A stretch of DNA of 64,000 nt from an uncultured Clostridia bacterium. Lineage in GTDB: Bacteria > Bacillota > Clostridia > Christensenellales > UBA1242. How positions within the stretch are numbered: the first letter of the stretch is position 1; each line of letters begins with the position of its first letter. The DNA lies in NCBI GenBank assembly GCA_937925475.1, contig CALEWH010000021.1:1448-65447 (forward strand), in the 5' to 3' direction. This document shows, piece after piece, positions 39,522 through 46,432 of the stretch. Both the position numbers and the translations under genes were made by a program. The notes below the pieces were generated by a model. That model saw only the letters and a list, made by a program, of their open reading frames with translations, searched no databases and was not told where the DNA came from.

Positions 39522-39530
39522 AGGATTGTT

Positions 39531-41456
39531 ATGGGAAAAATAAATATACTTGACAAAACAATATACAACAGGATTGCGGCAGGCGAGGTTGTTGAAAAAC
39601 CCGCAAGTGTCGTGAAAGAACTTGTAGAAAACTCGATAGATGGTGGCGCGACTTCCATCTCTATCGACATCAAAAATGGTGGCATAACTCGAATTAGGGT
39701 TAGTGATAACGGGTGCGGAATTGAAAAGGAAGACTTTATTCCTGCATTTATGCCACATGCGACAAGCAAAATTAAAGATATTGACGACCTTGATAAAATC
39801 GGAACCCTTGGTTTTAGGGGCGAGGCACTAGCATCAATTGCATCTGTTAGCAAAGTTTCGCTTACAAGCAAAGTTAGAACTTGCGACGAAGGATATACTG
39901 TTCGTGTTGAAGGTGGAGAGATAGGCGAGACATCACCTGTCGGAACAATCAATGGCACCACAGTTGTCGTAGAAAATTTGTTTTACAATGTCCCTGCTCG
40001 TGCAAAATTTTTGAGAAAAGAACGCCAAGAAGAAAGTGAAATTACAAATTATATTTCAAGACTAATTCTTGCAAATCCAAATATCTCAATAAAATACATA
40101 GCAGATAATAAAGTCGTTTATCAATCAAATGGAAACGGCTTATATGAAGCTATATATAGTATTTATGGAAAATCCATTGTAGACAATGTGGTCGAATACA
40201 AATACACAAATGGCGATTTTAGTTTTAGTGGATATTTAGGTCTTCCGACTTTTTCAAAGCCAAACAGAACTTATCAAACTTTAATTATTAATGGAAGATA
40301 TGTAATCAATCAAGCTATATCAATGGCAATCTACAAGGCCTATGAAAATTATATAATGAAATCGACTTTCCCTTTTTATGTAATCAATCTAAACTTGCCA
40401 CTTGATAAGGTCGATGTAAATGTTCACCCAAACAAACTTGATGTCAAATTTGAAAACAGCAACCAAATTTTTGGAATGGTGTACACAAGTGTAAGCGATG
40501 TATTGTCAAAAATGATGCTTGTAAAAAATATTGCTGACATTCCTAATGATGACGAAATAGACAAAGAAACTCCAAAAACACTCTACAATGTAAATTCATC
40601 AGAAGGTCAATCATATACAAGTGAGTCTTCTCAAAAAGACAACATCAGTGAAGTATCTCTCGAAGAAAAACATAGTGAAGACAATGAAGAAAAAATAACA
40701 TCTTCGCCTTTGTTTGAAGACAATTTCCGTTCTATTAAGTCGTTTCTTACTAAAAACAAGACAGGTGAATATTGTGTAGAAGACAATGATTTTGCCTACC
40801 AACTTGCTGAAAAAATGACCCAACAACAAATGGACATTCTTCCAAAAGCATCGTCACAAGAAGCCTTGAAGTTGGATATAAACGACTTTAAAATACTTGG
40901 CACACTTTTCAATACTTATATCCTTATAGAAAAAGATGATTGTCTATATCTTATCGACCAACACGCAGGACACGAAAGAGTTTTGTACGATAAGTTTAAG
41001 GAGCAATTATTGCAAAATGATATTGCTGTCCAACCACTTTTGATCCCATACATTCTAAATGTAAACTCACAAGAATTTGAATATATAAACTCAAATTTGG
41101 ACACACTTGCAAAAATGGGTTGGGAGATGGAAGAGTTTGGCCACAATGCATATAAGGTTAATACAGTGCCAGTCCTTCTTAAAGACATCTCATTTAGCAC
41201 ATTCTTTAATGAAGTTTTGTCAAATCTAAACAATCGTTTGACTGTTGACAATGTCAGTATCTTGCAAGACTATATTGCAAAATCAGCCTGCAAAGCAGCT
41301 GTAAAAGCAAACGATATTTTAAGTGAGATGGAGATAAAAATTCTGCTTACAAAACTTTCAAGAGAAAACCAAGTTTTGCTTTGCCCACACGGACGCCCTA
41401 TCATACTTAAAATCACACAAAAAGATATTGAAAAATGGTTCAAAAGGATAGTCTAA
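39531..41456 (+). CDS. mutL: DNA mismatch repair endonuclease MutL
   Basis: GHKL ATPase N-terminus (IAAGEVVEKPASVVKELVENSIDGGA). Endonuclease motif DQHAGHERVLYD and CPHGRP. Confidence 0.96.
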   Translation: MGKINILDKTIYNRIAAGEVVEKPASVVKELVENSIDGGATSISIDIKNGGITRIRVSDNGCGIEKEDFIPAFMPHATSKIKDIDDLDKIGTLGFRGEALASIASVSKVSLTSKVRTCDEGYTVRVEGGEIGETSPVGTINGTTVVVENLFYNVPARAKFLRKERQEESEITNYISRLILANPNISIKYIADNKVVYQSNGNGLYEAIYSIYGKSIVDNVVEYKYTNGDFSFSGYLGLPTFSKPNRTYQTLIINGRYVINQAISMAIYKAYENYIMKSTFPFYVINLNLPLDKVDVNVHPNKLDVKFENSNQIFGMVYTSVSDVLSKMMLVKNIADIPNDDEIDKETPKTLYNVNSSEGQSYTSESSQKDNISEVSLEEKHSEDNEEKITSSPLFEDNFRSIKSFLTKNKTGEYCVEDNDFAYQLAEKMTQQQMDILPKASSQEALKLDINDFKILGTLFNTYILIEKDDCLYLIDQHAGHERVLYDKFKEQLLQNDIAVQPLLIPYILNVNSQEFEYINSNLDTLAKMGWEMEEFGHNAYKVNTVPVLLKDISFSTFFNEVLSNLNNRLTVDNVSILQDYIAKSACKAAVKANDILSEMEIKILLTKLSRENQVLLCPHGRPIILKITQKDIEKWFKRIV

Positions 41457-42376
41457 TGTACAACTGCATTTTGATTTTTGGACCTACTGCGAGTGGCAAA
41501 TCAGATCTTGCCATCACACTTGCGCAAAGATATGGCGGTCAGATAATTAATTGCGACAGCCAACAAATATACAAAGACCTAAGTATCGGCACAGCAAAGC
41601 CGACTGCCGATGACTTCAATAAGGTCAAACATCACTTGTTTGATTATGTAAGTATCACCGAGGATTATTCTGTATCAAGATATAATCACGACGCAATTAA
41701 AGTCTTTAACGATCTACTAAGCCACGACATACTTCCTGTTTTTGTTGGTGGCACAGGACTATACATTGATTCACTTTTATACAAACACGACTATGGTTTT
41801 ACTCAAAAAAATAGTGAAGTGCGACAAAAATATGAAAATATGGCGTTGCAATTTGGAAACCAATATGTGTACGATTTACTAAAAGAAATCGATCCTGAGT
41901 CGGCAAGTAGTCTTCATCCAAATGATTTGAAAAGGGTAGTACGCGCACTGGAAATAGCAAGCACTGGTAAGAAAAAGTCAGAGCAAGTTATGCTTCCAAA
42001 CGACCAATTTAGGCCATTCATAATTTATGCAAATATCGAGCGAGATATATTGTATGACCGCATAAACAAACGCGTCGATCAAATGGTGAATAATGGACTA
42101 ATGGATGAAGTGTCAAATCTACAAAAACAAAACCTATTAAGGTCGGATTTAAAACTTCCAATAGGTTATAGCGAGTGGATAAAATACTATGCAAACGAAT
42201 TAGATTTTAACCAAACTGTTGCACTTATCAAACAACATAGTCGCAACTATGCAAAACGCCAAAATACTTGGTTTAAAAGGCGAAATTTCGCGGTGGAGTA
42301 TAACCCTATGCATAGTACTATTCAAGACTTGTTTACTGTTACTGACAAATATTTTAAAAATAAAAAAGACAACTAA
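41456..42376 (+). CDS. miaA: tRNA dimethylallyltransferase
   Basis: Start overlaps the mutL stop (TAATG). P-loop GPTASGKS, DSQQIYKDLSIGTAKP. Confidence 0.94.
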   Translation: MYNCILIFGPTASGKSDLAITLAQRYGGQIINCDSQQIYKDLSIGTAKPTADDFNKVKHHLFDYVSITEDYSVSRYNHDAIKVFNDLLSHDILPVFVGGTGLYIDSLLYKHDYGFTQKNSEVRQKYENMALQFGNQYVYDLLKEIDPESASSLHPNDLKRVVRALEIASTGKKKSEQVMLPNDQFRPFIIYANIERDILYDRINKRVDQMVNNGLMDEVSNLQKQNLLRSDLKLPIGYSEWIKYYANELDFNQTVALIKQHSRNYAKRQNTWFKRRNFAVEYNPMHSTIQDLFTVTDKYFKNKKDN

Positions 42377-42396
42377 TCAAGTTGTCTTTTATTTTT
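42364..42396. terminator. bidirectional terminator between miaA and lexA
   Basis: aaaagacaact-aatca-agttgtctttt, with T-runs on both strands. Confidence 0.8.
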
Positions 42397-42412
42397 CATA
42401 TTTTTCAAAATA

Positions 42413-43030
42413 TTAAATATTTCTTACTAGTCCTACGACTTTTCCCAACAAATCTACGCGGTCGACAATAATAGGATCCATTGTGTCATTTTCTGGTTGT
42501 AGTCGGAAATGTCCGTCTTCACGATAAAATCTTTTTACAGTAGCAGATCCATCTATTAGTGCCGCTACAATGTCACCATTTTCGGCATACGATTGTTGGC
42601 GTACTACAATTTTGTCACCGCTTAGTATGCCAGCATTTATCATACTTTCACCACGAACTGTCAACATAAATAATCCATCGCCCCTAAATAGATTTGGCGA
42701 AACCATATAACATTCGTCATAGTTTTCGACTGCCAAGATAGGTTGACCCGCAGTGATTGTGCCAAGCATCGGAATTGATGTATAATCGCCATGTTCGTCA
42801 GTGTTTACTACTTTTGGAAATTTATCAAGTATCTCAATTGCACGATTTTTATTGTGTGTTTTTCTAATAAGACCATTGTCTTCAAGTTTTGTAAGATAAT
42901 AGGCGATAGTGCTTGTGCTACTTACATTTATCGCTTCACACATCTCTCTTACTGATGGCGGAAAACCATTTTTATCTTGAAAAACCCTTATATAATCCAA
43001 CAATTCTTTTTCTTTATTATATCGTGACAT
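42413..43030 (-). CDS. lexA: LexA repressor
   Basis: Start ATG 43030 behind GAGGTG. N-terminal wHTH, Ala-Gly cleavage site (ITAGQP), Ser (GESMINAG) and Lys (TVKRF) of the S24 peptidase. Confidence 0.95.
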   Translation of the reverse strand: MSRYNKEKELLDYIRVFQDKNGFPPSVREMCEAINVSSTSTIAYYLTKLEDNGLIRKTHNKNRAIEILDKFPKVVNTDEHGDYTSIPMLGTITAGQPILAVENYDECYMVSPNLFRGDGLFMLTVRGESMINAGILSGDKIVVRQQSYAENGDIVAALIDGSATVKRFYREDGHFRLQPENDTMDPIIVDRVDLLGKVVGLVRNI

Positions 43031-43057
43031 ACGACACCTCATTTGTTTATTTGTAGC

Positions 43058-43097
43058 ATTATAAAACAAAATAGAACAAATGTCAAACATTTGTTCT
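43058..43097 (-). promoter_or_regulatory. lexA promoter with embedded palindromic SOS operator
   Basis: Minus strand: TTGACA (43086-43081), 17-nt spacer, TATAAT (43063-43058). The 25-bp palindrome agaacaaatgt-caa-acatttgttct (43073-43097) covers the -35 box. Confidence 0.75.
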
Positions 43098-43102
43098 ACA
43101 TT

Positions 43103-44152
43103 TTATTCATCTTTTCTAAGTTTTATTACATGCGCTGCATTACGCCTTATGTCTTCGGAAATAGCAGCATAGTGTTTGCGAGTTGTGTTTACATCTTTGT
43201 GTCCAAGCACATCTGCAACAATATAAATATCGCCAGTTTCTCGATATAGATTTGTGCCAAATGTACTTCTCAATTTATGTGGTGTGATGTGTTTTAATGG
43301 AGTAACTAATTTGCTGTATTTTTTTACGAGATTTTGTACAGCTCTAACTGTTATTCTTTTATTTTGTAGGCTCAAAAACAACGCCCGCTCATCAGGTGAA
43401 ACATTTTTATTGTTTTCCCTTTCAACCAAATAATCTTTTAACGCACTCGCAACTTCGTCATTAAAATATAGCACAACTTGATTTCCACCTTTGCGAGTAA
43501 CCCTAAATGCGTTTTGCTTAAAGTCAATGTCTTCAATGTTTAATCCGACACATTCTGAGATACGAATTCCTGTCCCCAAAAACAAACTCAACATCGCAAA
43601 ATCACGCTTTTTTGTATGCTTATGAAAGCCTTTTTGCATATCGGTTAGTTTGTCACCGGCTTCGGATTCGTCAAGCAATTTGACCACTTCATCAACATCA
43701 AGCCTAATTATTTCTTTGTCGTGGATTTTAGGTGTATCTATCTTTTCACCTATATTCGAACTCAATTTGTCTTTCTTGAAAAAGTATTTAAGAAGTGACC
43801 TTACAGCGCTCAATTTTCTGTTTCGAGCACGCTCGCCATTATGTATTTTCTTTCCTTCATATATATATAGGTTCAGATATTCCATATAATATTCGATGTG
43901 CGTCGAAGTGACCTTATCAAGATCAGCAAGAGTAAATTGGGTTATTTCTTTTCCGCCAAACTCAGGTACTTCCCAAGATAAAAATTGGAAAAATATTTTT
44001 AAATCGCGTGCATAACCAAGTCGAGTTAGGGGAGTTGTGTAAGGCTCAATACCTAAAAAATACTCACTACAAAAAGGTGGCAACTGTTTTCTAAGTTGTC
44101 TAAGTTTTAAAATATTGTCGTCATCTCTTTCTTTAAAATAACTTTCTACCAT
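43103..44152 (-). CDS. tyrosine-type site-specific recombinase/integrase (Xer-like)
   Basis: Start ATG 44152 behind AGGTGAG. Catalytic signature HKLRSTFGT...LGHKDVNTTRKHY and an R in GTGIRISE. Confidence 0.85.
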   Translation of the reverse strand: MVESYFKERDDDNILKLRQLRKQLPPFCSEYFLGIEPYTTPLTRLGYARDLKIFFQFLSWEVPEFGGKEITQFTLADLDKVTSTHIEYYMEYLNLYIYEGKKIHNGERARNRKLSAVRSLLKYFFKKDKLSSNIGEKIDTPKIHDKEIIRLDVDEVVKLLDESEAGDKLTDMQKGFHKHTKKRDFAMLSLFLGTGIRISECVGLNIEDIDFKQNAFRVTRKGGNQVVLYFNDEVASALKDYLVERENNKNVSPDERALFLSLQNKRITVRAVQNLVKKYSKLVTPLKHITPHKLRSTFGTNLYRETGDIYIVADVLGHKDVNTTRKHYAAISEDIRRNAAHVIKLRKDE

Positions 44153-44267
44153 AAACTCACCTAGTTTTATTATATCGCAAAAAGACCTAATTGAAAAATA
44201 TAATCGTAACAAATGACAAAAATAATTTTATATGTTATATTATTAAAAAGATGATAGGTGAGTGTTT

Positions 44268-45131
44268 ATGGACAAAAAAACATTACTAGCAGAAAAATTT
44301 GATGAAGAAAAGCAAATAATTCTTGAAAATTTTAAGGACATAATCGACGAAATGGTCGACGATTATTTTTATGATAAAGAGCTTTTTGCCAGCGAAAACA
44401 TAAAAACTTATTATTATGACGAATACAAACTAGGCACAAATGTTTGTCTTGACACGCCAGCAACATTGTATATCGAAATAAACCAACTAAGCAACATCAA
44501 AAATTTTAAAGACAACGCCATTGTTCAGGATAGATATCTAACCTTGAAAAAGATTAAAGACGACCTTATGGAAATGTCTATAAATAATTTTGACAGCAAC
44601 ACATTAATCTGGCAAGACAAATATTCGCTTAACTTTGCGATCAATGTTTTTGACGAAGAAGAAAACAAAACAACACATTATTTTCAAGTCATTCCTTGCT
44701 TTACAGAAGTAAACGAAAACAAGGTGAGTGGAATAATATACTATACAAATGACAAAGTTTTGGTCGAAAAAGAATATCCAAAACTAAGTATTCGCAATTT
44801 TAAATTAAAAAATAAAACAACAAATGATTTGTTTAGACAATACATTTTGCTTTTCAAAAACGCTTATAAGATTGACAAAAATGAAAAGTTATTGCCATTT
44901 GAAATATTTGAAATTTTATTATATACAGTTCCTAATTCTTATTTTACAGATTTGGAAGACGCCACAATACTTAAAATTTTAGACTATCTAAAAAACTGTG
45001 GCATCAAACTTGCAAAAACTATGGACGAACAACAAGATGCTTTTAAATCAAAATACAAATCATTGTCATCAATTTACGCATCAATGGTTATTAAAAGTCT
45101 TATAAAAATATTTTCAAACAATAAAAAATAG
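44268..45131 (+). CDS. hypothetical protein (287 aa, orphan)
   Basis: ATG 44268 behind AGGTGAG, with its own promoter (ATGACA, 17-nt spacer, TGtTATATT at 44213-44241). No TM segment and no recognisable catalytic motif. Confidence 0.65.
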   Translation: MDKKTLLAEKFDEEKQIILENFKDIIDEMVDDYFYDKELFASENIKTYYYDEYKLGTNVCLDTPATLYIEINQLSNIKNFKDNAIVQDRYLTLKKIKDDLMEMSINNFDSNTLIWQDKYSLNFAINVFDEEENKTTHYFQVIPCFTEVNENKVSGIIYYTNDKVLVEKEYPKLSIRNFKLKNKTTNDLFRQYILLFKNAYKIDKNEKLLPFEIFEILLYTVPNSYFTDLEDATILKILDYLKNCGIKLAKTMDEQQDAFKSKYKSLSSIYASMVIKSLIKIFSNNKK

Positions 45132-45298
45132 TGACTTTCAAAGTTGCTATTTTTTTATTTATAAATTGACAAGGTGTTAATTTGATATAAAGCCTAATAA
45201 ATTTTATATATGTAAAATATCATATAAAACTAAATAAGTGAAATATAAAAAGCAAAATAAAACATAAACAAAATAAAAATGGCTTTATAAAGGCAAAA

Positions 45299-45341
45299 TA
45301 TGCAAAAGACATAATATTATGCAAAAAGCATTTGCATAGTA
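45299..45341. repeat. cluster of TATGCAAAA / TTTGCATAGTA motif copies with dyads
   Basis: TATGCAAAA at 45299-45307 and 45318-45326. TTTGCATAGTA at 45331-45341. Palindromes cataatattatg and tatgcaaa-aagca-tttgcata. Confidence 0.8.
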
Positions 45342-45353
45342 GTTTTCCAAGCC

Positions 45354-45394
45354 CAAACTATTCGTAAAAGTTGCCTTTTGCGAATAGTTTTTAA
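45354..45394 (+). terminator. strong orphan Rho-independent terminator in the gene-free region
   Basis: 16-bp stem aaactattcgtaaaag/cttttgcgaatagttt (one G-U pair), tetraloop ttgc, then tttt. Lies about 220 nt past the end of the nearest plus-strand CDS. Confidence 0.65.
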
Positions 45395-45525
45395 TAACAA
45401 TTTTATTATACAAATATACAATAACAATAAAAAATACTTACAGACCCACTCTATCAGATTAATTTACTCTTTCAAGATTTGGTAAGTGTAAGTATATATT
45501 TTGTTATAGAATTTTCTACATCAAA

Positions 45526-46203
45526 TCATCTATAAAGGTCTAACAAAAATCCTTTTGTTTTAAGGTCGTTCATTTGTGTTTTGTATTTAGGCATCACACA
45601 CTCCACGACTTTATAAAATTTTTTTGAGTGATTAAACTCTATTAGATGTGCCAGTTCGTGTATTATAAGGTAGTCTATTGATTCGGGTCTTAGCATCGAT
45701 AGTCGCCAATTAAATTTCAAGTCCCCTTTCTTCGAACATGTTCCCCACCTTGTACGGTTGTTCATAATGGAAATTGAGTTAAAACTAAGTGACATTAGTC
45801 GTGCAAAGTAATACACCCTATCTAAAAGTATTTCTTTTGACATCTTTATGTATTCCTTCGACATCTTTTTAACAAACTCGGCTTGGGTAAGGTTACTTGG
45901 CACATATGCTCGTTTTTTCTCGCTATCCCATTCTATTTTCTTTATCCCCGACATATCTTCGCGTATGTATTCTTTGCCAAGTTTTAGTACTTTTTCATAG
46001 TTAGTGATGGATTTGTTTTGATTGTTTTTCAACTGGATTTGTTCTTTTTTAAGTTTTATCCACGCTTCTTTATCGACCAAAAATTTATTGATCTGCTCCA
46101 TTGAAAGGTTTTTTGGCGCTCTGACCACAACCTCTCCTATCTTACTAATGGAAATACACAATGTCCTTCGATAACTTCTAATAATATAATCTGGTTTAAT
46201 CAT
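45526..46203 (-). CDS. DUF45/YgjP-like (M48-type) zinc metallopeptidase
   Basis: HExxH context IIHELAHLIEFNHSKKFYKVVECVMPKYK is typical of DUF45. 225 aa, no TM segment, SD GAGG. Confidence 0.8.
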   Translation of the reverse strand: MIKPDYIIRSYRRTLCISISKIGEVVVRAPKNLSMEQINKFLVDKEAWIKLKKEQIQLKNNQNKSITNYEKVLKLGKEYIREDMSGIKKIEWDSEKKRAYVPSNLTQAEFVKKMSKEYIKMSKEILLDRVYYFARLMSLSFNSISIMNNRTRWGTCSKKGDLKFNWRLSMLRPESIDYLIIHELAHLIEFNHSKKFYKVVECVMPKYKTQMNDLKTKGFLLDLYR

Positions 46204-46249
46204 ATTGACCTCTTTAATACAAAATACAAACTTAATTTGTTTTTAACAT

Positions 46250-46354
46250 TTTGCATAGTACCACTACTCTACTATATCACAAAATGGCTATAATTCCTAA
46301 TTTTTTCAATCGGTGTTTGCATAGTACTCAATAAAAAATGTAGTTTGCATAGTA
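46250..46354 (+). repeat. three direct copies of TTTGCATAGTA in the divergent peptidase/PadR promoter region
   Basis: Exact 11-mers at 46250-46260, 46316-46326 and 46344-46354. The last ends 6 nt before a TTGACA (46361-46366) that pairs with TATTAT (46384-46389). Confidence 0.85.
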
Positions 46355-46432
46355 TTTTATTTGACATAAATTGTCGAATTGATTATTATTTAGTAAATTA
46401 TATTAAAATATAACTATGTTGGAGGGATAAAA

